Shown in pieces: positions 37,960 to 52,424 of a DNA stretch of 64,000 bases (its first letter is position 1; each line of letters opens with the position of its first letter). A program made the translations under genes and the position numbers. The notes under the pieces are model-generated. The model ran no database searches. It was given only the letters and a program-made list of their open reading frames with translations, and was not told where the DNA came from. Source of the stretch: Camelus dromedarius (taxonomy: Eukaryota); contig NC_087436.1 of NCBI RefSeq assembly GCF_036321535.1, positions 116,934,001 through 116,998,000 on the forward strand, given 5' to 3'.

Positions 37960-40900
37960 GAAGACATTGAAAGAAGGATCATGTGACAGTGCAATGAAGA
38001 CCAGAGAAGGGAGGGTCCAGATGTCCCAGCCTTGGATGAAGATAGAAGTGGCCCAGAATCCCATTACACACTCTCCATGGAATAAGCATCTTGTAGACTT
38101 GTCTGGGGGAATAAACCAGAGCTAAAATCTCCTAAATATTCAGAAGGTCAGAAAACACCCTGGCCAATCTTAAATACTCTGGGTGGGAACAACCCCATCT
38201 TTGACAGAAGGAAACAAGAGAATCGGGCTGACAAAGGATGTCCTAGACTGTGACATGGGGGACTAGTGGGATGAAAATCAAAAAAAACCTTCACAGAATA
38301 CTGTGGGAAAGTAAAAGCCTTAGCAGCTTTCACCTTGATCCACTAGCGCAGTGTGTAAACCACCGTGACCTGGGGTTAGACAAGGCAAAGAAGGCAGCAG
38401 GACAAGGGTTTCAAACACCTCACTCCTGCTTCTGAGTGAGTCCTGGGAGTTTCAAATGAGAAAGCAGTTCTCTCCAGGCCAGGCTTCATTAGAATTCACT
38501 GGCTAAATAAATGACAGAATGGAATTTAAGCACTTTGCTCCACAGAGAGCATAAAGTGATCAATCTTCAAGAGAGAGGTAAACATACTTAAAAACTCAAG
38601 AGCTGGAAAGAACCATTTACCAAACTAAAAGGTAACAACTGTAGATCACAGTCTCCTTTAAATTATACAAATATAATAAATTTTATACTGTTAGAAAAGA
38701 AGTAACCGACATTAAAATATTCATACATGAATGAAAACCATAAACTTCAGCATCAATCCTCTGTAATGTAGAAAAGAAATTTGCAGAAGTCTACAGTGTC
38801 AATTTTTGGAAAACATTACCTTCTTGTCACATTGAATTTTAGATAACAGTGTTATATTCTTGGCTGGAAAAATATATATTTGGAAAGAAAGGAAAACTAT
38901 CCATAGAATACAGTGAAAGCAGATGAATCTCCAGGAATCAGAATTCTAAGGTATTTGTTCCTGGCAGACAACTGAGAGGCAAGGTGAGGATAAGTCTGGA
39001 TGAGATGAGTCTGTAAGGAATCTCTTCTCAGGAGAGGGAAAAAGACACCATCACAAGAAGATGAAGAGACATAAGCCTCGGAATCTGAATAGCCTTGCTG
39101 CAGTAGGACTAATCTGTACCTTTCCTGCTGAGTGGAAAACCTGGGAGCACTGGCATTCTCCTGGAATATGTGAAGATGCCTGCAGAGGCTGGGTTGCTTG
39201 GACATCCTGTAGAATCTGTTTTCAACACAATACAGCAGTGAGATCATATTTTACCTAAAAGGAGACATTATGTCTAAAATTTAAGATTTGAAGGGAAGAA
39301 ACAAGGCAACTCTCCCTACCTTTCTTGGCAAACCAAGAGCCTTCTTTCCTGATGTGGCTATTCGCAGGCTAACTCTGAACCACCAACCATCCTACCTATG
39401 TGGCCAGTGACTGAGGACTATACATTCCAGGTCATATGAGAGTGGGTGGTCTGTAGGGACAGACAGATACATTCAATGACAGGTCCCTGATCTTGGTCTC
39501 AGAGGTAGAAGATTATGTCCTTTAATACCACCTTCTCCCTTCAAATGTCCGTTGTAGGAGAGTAAACCATTGCTGGGATATCTTAGTCCAGTGGGACATG
39601 TCTTAGAAAACGCACCAGCAAGACACACTCCTCTACGTCTGTTCCACCATTCCCATAAGGGATCGCACATCTACCCTAGACAGTAAGGAGGATATTGGAT
39701 GACAGCAATGAGACCACAAAAGAAAGAAAGTCTTTGTAAAGGAGATCTACAGTTAGATCTAATTGTAATCTAATCTACAATTAGATTGAGAAAAACTCCA
39801 GCTATTAAAGAAAAAGGCAAAGAAAATTAAAAATATTTCAAGAATACTCTAAAAGTGAGGTGCATTGAGTATTCAACACCAAGGTAAAAAATAGTTTCAA
39901 TTTGTGTTGCTGTAAAATTTCAAAATACCAAGAATAAGACAACAGTTAATCCCAAAATAAGGAAAAAGGCCACGTGAAACATACTTTCAATCTTCACTCA
40001 GACAATGGTATAGAGAGACAGCTAGGACCATGAAAGGAAGACTAATAAAGTCATAATCTAAAAAAATCACCACCGGAGATTTTGACCTTCTAAAGAATAT
40101 TGTTGAGCATATAAAGATATATCCTGAGGTATGAGCGATGGTAAATGATTTTGTTTTGTTTTGTTTAAATGTTTGCTCTTCTCATCCCGCTTCCATAACC
40201 CCTCCCTCGGGTTGTCACTGCCCTGAATGACGGAAGGAACAGAGGCACTTCTGTCTAGACACAGATGGTTTCATTTCACTCATCTCGCCATTCTCCAAAG
40301 AGGTCCCCGCAATGCAAAGTAGAGGGTGGTTCGGGACCTTCTGGCATTTCTGCCCAGTGTCCCCTCCAGGGCACTAAGCAGGCAACTCAAGCACTAACCT
40401 ATGGAACTTACTACTTTTAGGCGGCTCATTCACACATTCTGAGGTTATGACAAGACTTCATGAGGAGTAACGAGATGCCAGGGAAGCGTCCCCTAGGTAA
40501 GATGCTGTAGGAAGTACACGTGGATACACATCTCCAAGCTAATGGAGAAAGATTTTATATATTCAGACGATGTAACTGAGAAGTCAGGGGTAACTTATCC
40601 AATACAGAAGGAAAAGTACTCTTCAGCATCAATGGCTAGGCTATTGCAAGGACTAAAGAAGAAAAACAAATATCCAGCTTTGAACTCCTGATCTAGTCGC
40701 TCCTGAGACGTGGCTGATCCTGGGAAAATCGGGAAATGCTGAGACATCTTTCACTTTAGGAACCACAGGATAAGGCTTTCTGATAATTTCATGATGCAGC
40801 CGACTTTCTTCTAGAAAAGTCAGCTCAGGGAGAAACTTCCCAGTTGGGGAAGATGAGAAGTGGTGAGTAGCATCTTCTATGAGTCCTGTCTGGTGGCCAA

Positions 40901-43859
40901 GCACCTACAGAATTGTAAGTATCCCAAGAAGATCCACAGAGAATGTTGTTCATGCGTCACACTCTCTTCATCTCTCCTTTACACCCTCACACCAACAAGG
41001 GAACCAAGGATCATTCCATTAAGAGGACACATGTGTATCAATACCTCCAGGCAATGATCAGGTGCTTAACCCAAAACCGTCAGGGCAGGAGGGAAAAGGT
41101 GCTTTTTCAGAGGTAGGATCCACCAGTGGGTCAGCCCTGCACACAGCACAGGCATCCTGGGCCCTGAACCTCAGCCCTTCATCACCCCAAAGGGAGCCCA
41201 TGGCACAGGCAGCAGAACACCTGTGACCTGAGAGCCATGAGTATGGGTGGGTTCCTGGGGGAGAAGATCGAGTTGACCTGGGCCCATAATAATCACTTCC
41301 TGTGTAATAGACCCTGAGTGTTTAATAAAATTGAGACTCCTCCACAAAAATATAAATGGGTCCTATGTAAGAGAGAAGTGGACAGTTCTTAGAAGCTCAA
41401 GGAACGAAGAGGAACAAGTTCCAAAACTTAAAAGGTAATTTTAGATCATATTCTCCCCTAGAGGACAAGAATATAGTAAAGTGTGAATTACTGAAAACAC
41501 AGTAACGACATGTTTAAGGCATTCACACAAGAATGAAACCCTAAAACATCAGCATCCATTTCACCCCGATTTAAGACACAATGTAAAGGATTTTCAATGA
41601 AACTATGTGAGAGATCTACAGTATCTAAGTCAGACTGAATTTTAGATAATACAGAAGGGTTCTAGTCCTGAATGGGAAAGGATATATTTGGAAAGAAAGC
41701 AAATTAACCCCCAGTTACTGGAATGGTACAGTTCTTGATTCTGGCAGAGAGTGCCGAGGTAGAAGTGGGAGCCAGGCTAATGAGATTAGGGGTCTATCAG
41801 AAACCTCTTCTCAGGAGAGGAGAAGAGACACCATCACAAGAAGATGGATGTCAGAGACCTCAGCTGTGGAATCAGAACAGCCTTGCAGCAGGCGGACTGC
41901 TCTGTACCTTTCCTCTCAAAAGCAAAACACAGGAGCATTGGCGTTCTTCTGGAATCGGTGGGCATTTCTGGCAGAGGCTGGATTCCCCTGTGACACATGC
42001 TCTGGACTCCCATCTTTTTAGCACAGCGCAGTAGTGAGATATTTCAGTTGAACGGAGACATTGTGACTAAAACTTGAAAGTCACAGGAAATGAAACAAGA
42101 CAAATCAAAGTATAGGAACAGTCCTCCCTTAGCATGGCCCTCTATTTAGATCTGAATCTGGATTAGGTGCCATAGGGAAGCTTGGAGAAAAGGTGGCCAA
42201 GAAAGAAATCCCCTGGGGAATAAACCAACAGAGTCCTTATTCTTTCTTACAGACATTCCTTTTTTTTTAAGGTCTTAGTCTAGGGATTTCAGTTAAAGAA
42301 TAAGTATCTCTCACCTCCACTTCAGTGAGTGAGTGAGTGTGAGGAGATGTATGTCCTTTTCTACCTTCACATACAAACTCTACCTTCTGCAAAGAGAATG
42401 TACTCTTTACTACTCTATGTTATTTTCATTCAAATTTGGGTCCACCATCGATATAAATGGCCTCTGCAAAGGATAATCTCAGGAACATAAAGCAATTCAT
42501 GGACACCAACTTAAACTACACCCAGAAAAACGTCCCTGTCCTATTTGTAGGGGAGATCCTCATGAGACGGCAGTAACAATGCTAAAGTCATACCAGTACT
42601 AGCACAGGTAAGACGTGACCAGATGTGAGGGAGCAACGATGTTAAAATGGACAGTAAAACTTATGGTGCCTCTATCTCAAGTGCTACTGTCTCACTGTAG
42701 GGGTGCTCAGGTCAACATGAAGGCTTCACTCAAAAATGATAAAAAGAAGAGAACTGAAACCACATTGAAGTGTAATGCTCTGAAAATGGTTGCAGTGGGA
42801 ACTAATCACATGATGTGTAATTTTTCAAACTGAAGGATCACCTTCACCTGATGACCCATATTGGGTAATGCACAGTTAAATAGTGAGAGCCCACCTGTGG
42901 ACCTATGGGGTTATCCAGGACCAACTGATATCATCTTGCTTTCCTATGACAAGGGAGAATTAACTTTCCATCCTGAGTGTTTCAAAATATCAAGGTGACC
43001 AGTCTCAGTAAAATCAAGGAACAAGATTCTGAAGGTCAGATATCACTAATTCTTACATATAAGAACCCCAGAGTTGGCAGAGCTCACTTATGTACCCAAC
43101 TTGAATAAGCTGGCTTTATTCAAGTGACCCAGGGGATTCATGGGCCCCTATAAGAGAAGTAATGGGAATACAGACTGCCCTCTGTGGACCCTTCATCAGT
43201 CCAGATACCTCCACAGTCTTCTCCTGGATCAGGTAGCACAGGGCAGATTAACTAAAAGGGGCCAAAGCAGAAGTCCAACTGGGAAGCAGAACACCACAGA
43301 GCTGTCATCAGATTTAAGGTGGAGATATACGTCCCTCACTCTACCTCAGTGGAGGATGGTTGTTCTTATGGAAAGGGGGAAGTTGGTCTCTTCAAAAACA
43401 CGGTCATATCCTCTCCTCATCTACATTATATTCTTGCAAAAATGGGGAGAGAAGGAGGGTCGTCCTGAGCTACATTTGGTCAAGGAAGGATTACAAGAAC
43501 AAACTACCAACCAAGACCTAAAAGTGTAAATTTCTTCATATCCTCTTTTGTAGAGAACCCTAGAGAGACAATGGTGATGTTACCAAGTAACCTTCAACAG
43601 GGCACAGCAGAGAGGGAGAGAACAGCTAAGAGCAGCTACAAAGAAGGATGATGTATCAATAGTGCTACCTTGCCATTGTGTGAGTGGCTGGGGTCCAAAT
43701 GAAGTGTTCCTTTAACAATCTAATGGGGCAGAGAAAGAAAGCTCCTAAGTCTCATGAGATGTTTTACTTTGAGAAGGGCTATAGCAGAATGTAACACCTC
43801 TCTGGGTGGTCCACTTAAATATTTGGTACCCAACAGTCAGTGGCACATGCCAGCAAATG

Positions 43860-46250
43860 CACAGAGCTTAAATTATGATCCTACCTAAGGGTCCACGAGA
43901 TTCAACAAAACAGAATGACTTTACTTATTACTGCTCAGAACAGACCCATGTCTACCGAGCAGTCTCCAGATGCTCAGTGACTAGAGGATACAGTAAAGAC
44001 CAGCTCAGTTCTCTCAGAAGCTAGCAGGGATTTTCCCACAATGAGCTCCTTCCTGGCTGAGATGAGACTGCTTGAGAAGAGCGACCCTGAAAACTCCTGT
44101 CTAACATTTTCCATCTTTAAGTGGCACACAATCTGCTGAATGTCCTCTAAACCTAGGTTTTGCCCACAATAACTTATAGATCTCCTTTTAGCAGACACTT
44201 TACAGTTACAGGAACATGAGCATCTCAGAAACCCTCCTAGGATTGTGGGTTAGTGATAATGTGGAGGGTGGAGGGTACTGGAAATGAGCTGTCTGCTCCC
44301 ACATCGTCCTGACAGACCCAGAGTCTTTTATACCCATATCAGCTTTAGACAGAGACACAGGAACCCTTCCTTCTGACAATTTTCAGAGAACAAGATGAGT
44401 TTGGTTACAACCTTCCAGCTAGTTATCAGTTTAAGACTTTCTCCTACCTATACAAGACTAACTTTCTATCCTGAATGTGATAGAACACCAAGGTGAACAG
44501 TTGACAGCAGCAGGACCAAAGAACAAGAGGCTGCAATGAAGAAGACAAACTAGCCAGAGTGAAAGTAATCTGAAGGTGCTCCCATCCTCTGCTGGGTAAT
44601 GGTGAGCTGCCAGAAAAGTCAATGAGAAAAAACTGAAGCATCTTGGAGCCAACATGGTCTCCATTCATTGGAGTTGTAACATGTTAAGACCATCACAACA
44701 AGCCACCACTGAAGACAGAAACAGACCTCTAAGGAAGGAGGAAAAGTTATACATAGCATGCAATTACAAACTCGGAAGTCTGTTCCCACAATAATGATAA
44801 GCAACTTGAATTCCCCATTAGCAAAATGGTCAAGGCTGAATTGATCTGGCTACTTCTTTCAGGGTAGTCATGACACAGAGCATCCCAGACTCACAATGGA
44901 CTCATCCCTGAGGACCAGCTAGACTCACTACATCTAATAGCTAAATTCTCATCTGCTTTACTAACCAGATTAAGATGCATGAGTCCTCAGACCTCACCAG
45001 CTGCCCAGTGAGGTCCCTGCTTCACAGATACTTGTTGGTTAGCCAGAGCTGCCAGGACAAACAGAACCCTTCACTCTGTCCACTGACAGCAACAAAATTG
45101 TGGGGAAAGTCCTAGCATTGTTTATTTTCCTCTTATTACATACAGCATCCCCCAGGGCCGCTGGTTCAATCATCACATGAAAACACTGCCAGGGATAAGT
45201 CAGACATTAGCAAATGCTCAGAAAGTATGACCAACAACTCTGTCTCCCAAGCAGACCATATCACTGATTAGTTTGGGGTAAAAAGTCAGATAGTTCCAAC
45301 AGTGTGACAACATGAAACTGATGGCTTTCATGAGGGGTTCCATGTCTCAGAGACAGGCCCTGGCTTCCCAGAGAAGGTACAATGTTGTCCATGATGACCA
45401 CTGTCCCCCACCTGTCTAGAACACTCATATTAATATTGGAAATGCCAAAGGCACTCAGAAAAGCTGCAGGGGGCATCTAGGTCCAATGTTCTGGCATTTA
45501 AGACTCTGCTTCCTCAGGGGCTGCTCCTTCAATTTTCCCCAAAGACGTCACTTCTTCTGAGGACGTCCAGGTACTGTATAGTTTGACCATCAACCCAGGT
45601 GGACCTCCAACAACCAAAGGGTTACTCAGTCAAGACTCTTAGCCAATATATATGCTCAGGCAGGAGAGTCACCACAAGAATTCACAGGACAAAGAAAGTC
45701 ACCTCAAAGGTGCTGTCTAAGAAAACTGTAACTGTTTTTCAATAAAGAGAATTAAATGAAGATCAAGAAATTTATCAAGACCAGGTTAACTTCCTCAAAG
45801 ATACAGAAGCTGATATTTGTCAAGAGAAGTTGAGAATATGAAGTCATAAAACATAAAAATGTTCAGTGTAAACCGTAGTACCAGTGCAAAACCGCACGGG
45901 ACGAATACAATCAACGTGGCTGAAGGTCAGATGTAAGAACTCTTCTAGAGGCATCAAGGAACTGCCAAGTCTGGAATGTAGAAGACAAAGGGCCAGAATT
46001 TATTCATTCCAGTCACTCAAACAGCCTCCATCTCAGGGCGCCCCCCACCCAGTGCGCTACAGAGGGAAGTATAAGACTTTCAGGCATTTGGGTTCAGGTT
46101 CCCCTGCTCCATGGCCCTAAACACATGGTTCAAATACCTGTGGACCCTGCTGTGCTTGGACAGCTCATCCTGCTGTCTGGGTTAATGAAAATGTGCTAAG
46201 GAATCATAGTAGGTAATGAAACCATTCTTCTCTATATTATATATTCAGAA
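43860..46250 (+). repeat. Core array unit, subtype I
   Basis: Anchors at ~44243, 44887, 45443 and 45596. Confidence 0.8.
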
Positions 46251-46829
46251 AATTTATTTCCTTCCATGTAAGATTTTAGATCACACTTGCCCCTAAACAA
46301 TATAGAGAGATATTAAATGCAATAACTGACATAATACACTGGTATGGAAATCTAAACCCCCTAACCTCCATCACATACCAATGAGAGAATAGATTTTTTT
46401 GAAAATATTTATCTACAGCAGGCAAGTAAGAGGTCTGACGTATGAGGTAGATCTAATTTTAGATCCTTAAATATCACATTCTCATCAATTTTTTGTCGTA
46501 GAAAGAGCATGAAATTTAAAGAGACAAATCATCCTTTGACTATAAGGGTGTGTTTATACTCTCATTTTTACACTTGGGGTATTTAGTTTCGGCAGGCATT
46601 GTGGGAGGCCGAGACAGGGAGAGGCTGAATGAGATCTAGGAGGGTCTGAAGGATCTCTTCCCAGGAGAGGGGGAAAGTGCCCATCACAGGGCGATGGAAT
46701 AGGGAGCACCCTGATGTACTAAGTACTGAGCCCATCTTCCTTCTGCCGATAGGGAGGCCCAGGAGGTTGGCGTCCTACTGGAATGATTTGGCTGCCCCTT
46801 GTCACACTCTCATCCTCTGTCTCTTGTTT

Positions 46830-47165
46830 CCATGTAAAGCCATATCTCAGCCTCTCAGGGGAATGTGTGACCTACAGTGGAGGGATGAACAGAGTTTGTG
46901 GGCAAGTGACCAGACTTTTGTCCCTTAGGAGAGACATTCTGAGATATAGTCTATCCACATGTCCCTCAGCGGGTTCTAGCAGGACTAGCCGCACACAACC
47001 TTGGTGACCAGCTCAGGGCTATGCCTGTCACGGGCTGTTCATCCCCATCCTGTTCCACATGCATCAGTCCCTCCTCTGTGCTCTCTGGGATCACTTCCAA
47101 ATACGGTCCCCACCCTAAGTCTGAGTCTCAGATTTCTTTTTCCCAGGGATCCGTACTAGGATACT
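46830..47165 (+). mobile_element. LTR16-like remnant (no MLT1D insertion)
   Basis: 'gacattctgagat...ctgggatcacttccaaat...ctaagtctgagtctcag'. Confidence 0.7.
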
Positions 47166-48259
47166 CAGGTTTCAATTCCATTTTGTCATTGGAAGACTGA
47201 GCAAAAAATTAAAATGCAAATTACTAAAGTCAGGAATATAAAGCTGGGACCTATCTGTTTAAGGTCTGTAGGTTAGAAAGTAAGAGAATATTCAGGGGCT
47301 TTGAAATTTACATTTCAAAATTATTTTTATAAGTGCCTGAGAGACAACTTCGAGTTTTACACAAGTAGGCATAGAATATACAACTTGACTATGAAAAATA
47401 TTAACCATAATTTCAAATCCCCCATCAAAACCCCTCCCGGTTCAATGTCTCCTCACTACCTTCTTTATGCTGAAGTGCTTAAACCCAGGAAAACACATTA
47501 CTCTCATGCTAATGCTTCCAGACGATAAAAAAGATGGAAAGATTTCCAAGTTGTTTTAGGGTACAACATTCACTGGAACATTTTCATGTTGGAAGCACGG
47601 CTAGGGGCACTATGCAAAGGCAGAATCACCTCCCAAAACCCTTTGTAAGTTCCCATTAACCCCCAACTTGAAACTCAGCCCATTAAGGGATTATGAGATA
47701 ACACACCCAGTCTACACCAGCCACGCCCACCTCCATGCTCTACCTTTCTAGGATAGACAATATATACGTGCCCATGCTTTCAAAAGAGATGAAACTTTCT
47801 TGTCATTTATTCCAGATCCCACCCCTGGGCAGCAAAGAACATGCACGTAATGAAACCTAGATCTCCTTGCTCATCTCATCCCTTCTCAGATAATGTGATC
47901 ATGAGCTCAGTAGATCTCTAGACATGGTATGGTTGGTGTCACACAGGTAAAGGCTTCTTGGGAAGAAAAGAAACAAACCTGAAAGGGACTCTGCAGGTAA
48001 GAGGAATACTTCCCGTGAAGGCCACCGTGGCCTCCAAGACCATGTCCAAGTACCAGTTCTCAGACAACTGTCCCTTACCAGAGGTTGAAACTGTCAATCA
48101 AGAATTGCTCTCTTCCCTTGGTGACAACCTGCCCTGCTCCCTAGACATTATGCTCAAGGTCAAGAGCCTCATGAACTTCTTGAAGTATATAAAATATTCA
48201 GACTTAGAAAATATTGAAGATAATTTTTTAAAATCAAATGATCAGCCTTTGCAGAATCA

Positions 48260-49900
48260 AGGAAAAAATGACACGAAAAATGACAAGCCCAAAATAGCAC
48301 GGATCACTCTACATAGAACATGCTTTCAACTTTTGATACTAGATTGAGGTCCAATAAGGTCAGATAAAAAAGTCAAGCTTACCCAGCTGACTGCACTGAT
48401 AGGAGCTACAATTACAGGGAATACAGTCATGACAGCCCACATTGAAGACTCAGCCTTATACCTCTGCTCCCTGAGGAAGAGATTTGATACAGGAACAAGG
48501 AGGCACATTCATATTGAGAAATCTACTCCCATGTATCTCGTAACAATGCAAACTCTCCTGGAGGAAACTTTCATGCTGAAAGGAGAGATCACCTGCTCCA
48601 GGCATAGTCTGGACAAAGATAACCCTGGGCTCATCCCTGAGGGCAAAGTAGACTCATGCCACTGGGCAGCCTTATCAGTTTTATCACCAGTTTTACCACC
48701 AGAAAAAAAAAAAAAGATCAGAGTCTTGATAGGAGTGCTTCTGCAGAGGTGGTCAGTGAGGTCCCTGCTTCACACCAGGCTGATGGTCAGCAGAGACATC
48801 TAGAGAGCTGGAGCCCCTGTCACTGAGCATCAGAAATAGGAGGTCCCATCTGAAGCAGAGCCTGAGCTTTTTTTTTCTTTCTTTTTTTTTTTTTTTTTTT
48901 GTCATCTCACATTGATCCTCCAAGACCCTGGAAATGCTTTCCAGAAAAGTATCATAAACCATGACCCAGAAAGGAAAGCCTGGAAGGCATGACCAACAGT
49001 AGCTTCTTCAACACAGAATCCCCTGGCTCATGCTTATTGCACGAAGTCAGTGAAGGCCAGCAGGGAGGCATATGGATTCAGAATTCCATTTCATGTCTCC
49101 AGATAGAGTCCCAGCCACCAGAGTAGAAAGTGCTCATCAGCATCATGAGAAGAAGCCCGTTGACATTTGGCTGCAACTATCCTGCATTCACCCTGCGCTT
49201 TCTCTGTGTACTTTCCAGCAGGCACACCCAACACCACCTAAAACCATCCATCAGCTCAGCTAGTAGATTTACATTCCATTAGGCTAAACTATCCTTCACA
49301 GGAAAAAAATGTTTTCTAGGTTGATTACTTCCAAAAGACACATTTTCAGATAGAGTAACCAAGACAAATGGAAAATGGAACCCACAGATCAAAGACCAAC
49401 ACCTCAAGGTACCTCCACATTAAGATACTGAACCCATATCCATGATAACAATTATTGGAAGATGATCCTTCAGCAACATTTAAGACCCAGAAATCAGAGC
49501 CCATGTATACAGTACTTGGAGGGGAAGACCAGAGTTGTCCCAGCTCCCAATAAGCACTGTCCATATAGTCAACCTCCTGTGGACATTTCCCAGGATACAT
49601 TTGAGATAAGATATCTTTCAGGACATCAAGAAAGTGACCAACTTCAGTGGACCATCTGAAATCCTCTGCAAGGGGGAGGACCCACAAAGTCATTTGACAC
49701 ACAAGGAACAAGAGTATCAGACAGAAGAGATCTAGAAAGTCCTGAACTGTGGCCATCAGAGGATGGCAGGATGAAGATCACACCTCCCATAAGGACCCCT
49801 GTGGGTACAGTTAAAGCAAAATGGCCCAGAAGTCTTCACCTTGATCAGTCAGTGCAGTATCTAATCCAAATCTTCATTTCAGGTTAGACTTTGCAAGGCA
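48260..49900 (+). repeat. Core array unit, subtype II (5'-truncated)
   Basis: 'tccaggcatagtctggacaa' at ~48597 matches ~20521; downstream anchors at ~49280 and 49350. Confidence 0.8.
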
Positions 49901-50789
49901 TGAAGCTGGGTTCCTTCTGATTCAAGTCCTGGGAGGTTCTAATGGGAAGGCAGCCCTCCCCAGGACAGGTTTCACCAGAATTCATGCAGCTGAAAAAAGT
50001 AGAATGTTAGAGAAGACTTACACCCTTTCTTCCATAGAAAGAACTTGAGTTGTACACATTTAAGAATAACAGGTCTTAAAGCTCAAAAAAAAAAAACCTA
50101 AAAATTTACAAAAATGAAATGATAAGAACTTTACATTCTTTTCCCCTCTAAACAATATAGTGAAACATGTATTAAAATGCATTTACTTGTTAAAATAATC
50201 ACAGGAATTTAAACCTAAACCTCACTCTACTCCAATGTAGGAAAGAAGTTACAAATTTCTTCTGCTATTCTCCTTGATATTTCTTGTCATTTTGGTAAAC
50301 AAAAATACAGAAATATTTCTTGAACCATCTTAGTTGAAAGGTGATGTGGTGATTAAAACTTGAGAATCACAGGAAAGAGAACAAGACAAATATCCTTCGT
50401 GTGAGCAAGCCATGAGCTCTCGCCAGGATGGCGCTATTCTCAGGCCACCCGAGTCATCTTCCATTCCACCTGTGTGGCTTGTATCTGAAGACGGTGCAAC
50501 GTGGGACACATGAGAACAGGTGCTCTGGAGGGATCAAAATGGACATACCCACTGACTGGTCCCCAGTCTGGGTGTTATGAAGTCCCTTTCCACCTCCAGG
50601 ACATTCTTTCCTCAGTTGTGGGGTTAGGGCCATGAATGGGAGGCTAGCACTTTGCTGGGTGGTCCTTGACCTCTGAACACCTCTTAGAAAATGTACCATC
50701 AAGGAAGCTCAAGAAACAGCCCTCTCCTTTTGATTTGCCACTCCTGGCAGAGTGATGAGGGTCACTTGTGACCTCAGTCAATAAGGAGG

Positions 50790-50900
50790 ACAATGGAAAG
50801 CAGAGCGGAGGCCACCTCCTTTAAAAGGCATGATCCTGAAGTTCAGACATCGTTTTTGCTTCTACTCTACTGCCCAGAATAAAGTTACTTGACCAAAGCT
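50790..50900 (-). mobile_element. MLT1K-like MaLR fragment (paralogs ~12990, ~15470, ~27930)
   Basis: 'cctcctttaaaaggcatgatcctgaagttcagacatc...gcttctactctactgcccagaa' resembles the antisense core of old MLT1 elements. Confidence 0.5.
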
Positions 50901-52424
50901 AAATGAAATAGAACTGTTGATCCATGAGGAACTAAGGAGAACCTGCTAAGTAGAGGAATACTACCTCCTTATCTGGAAGAAGCCCCTTCTTCAGCCCAGC
51001 TACTTCCACAGTAGTCTTCTGGATTCCTCAGCACAGAGCAGATTAGCAAAAAGGTAGACTAAGCAGAAATCTACTGGAGAACACATCACACTCCTTCATC
51101 CCTTCTTACAGGCTTTTTGGATGCCTTAGTCAAAGCTAGTCTACAGTGGTTTAGGGATAAGGGGTGCGATGGTCATTTCTGCCTCAGCGGGGGTGTTGCT
51201 GTGCTTTTGTAAAAGGTTGTTCTCTTCACAAAACCGTCTCTCCCTGCAAAAGAAGCATTTCATCCTAAAGTATTTAGGATATTAAATCTACTTTAAAACC
51301 ATTCAACTGAGAGAAGGTTGATCATCAGAAGTGATCTCTGACCAAGGAAGAATTCTGGGAATATATGGTTCCTATGACCACCAAGCTAGATATAAACATA
51401 GAATTCTCTGTGACCTATCTGGTGGAGGTTTCTCATGAGAGGGGTACGTGAGGCCAACATCCCTTCAAAATTGAAGAGCAGGTTGAAGGCAATCGTGGGT
51501 GAGAGAAAGCAGATTCATGAAAATGAAAACCAAGAAAATGTGGCGATCACCAGTTTACACTCGCCACTGTAGGAGTAGCAGAGGTAGGAATGGGGTTCCC
51601 CTCGCACAAGACGATAGGGAGAAATAGATAACACCTAATCCTGTGAGAGGACGCTTTGAAAGGGGTGGTAGTGGAGATTAACCACATCATGTGCAATTTC
51701 CAAACCTGAGGGTGACCTCTACCTGATGACAAGTACCAGGAAACGCACAAGGTTTAAATCCCGAGATCCCACATGTGGGCCCATAGCGTTCACCAAGTTG
51801 ATAGCATCTTACTGTTCTACACAGAACCAAGTCTCCCGGGCACCAGTGTCCAAAGTGCTCAGTGACAGGGGGAAAAAAACCCAGTAATGTCTAGTCCTGT
51901 TCTCTCAGAAGTTAACAGGGAGAAACTCCCACACTCATTTCCCTGATGAGGAAGACTGGGTGTTGGGGATTACTGCTCAGATAGGTTCCTCTGTCACTTC
52001 CACAAAGGAAATGGAAACCAGTCTTTGTCTTCTAAACCTGGGTTTTCCCCACAATGACTGGTAGACCTCCTTCTCATCATCTACTGAGCATCAGTTGTCA
52101 GAGCACAAACATCTGAGGGATCCTTCTGGGGATGTGGACTAGTGACGATCTGGAGGAACTGGGAATAAGATCCCAGCAGAAGGACCCTCAGCCTTTCACA
52201 GCCATCTCAGCTTTGGACGGAGACACAGCTCCTCCTCCCTCTGACTCAGAAACTTCAGAGAGTAAGTCAGGGTAGTTACAACCTTCCAGTTCATTTTGAT
52301 TCTAGGCTTTCTTCACTTTAACAAAGGAGAACTAACTTTCCACCCTGAATGCAATATAGTTTCAAGGTGACCGATCAAAAGCAGTAAGATCTAGGAACAA
52401 AAAGCAAGTGATGACAGATGAATA

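Noticed and set aside
45386..45485. ATGATGACCACTG...GGTCCA resembling a SNORD113/114-type C/D snoRNA
   Set aside because: No CTGA box D before the end, and paralogous units do not conserve box C or the terminal stem.
48429..48803. ORF containing EDSALYLC, like a T-cell receptor V segment
   Set aside because: No upstream V framework (Cys, WYxQ) and no RSS. Paralogs (~9905, ~53235) show it is an indel variant of non-coding unit sequence.
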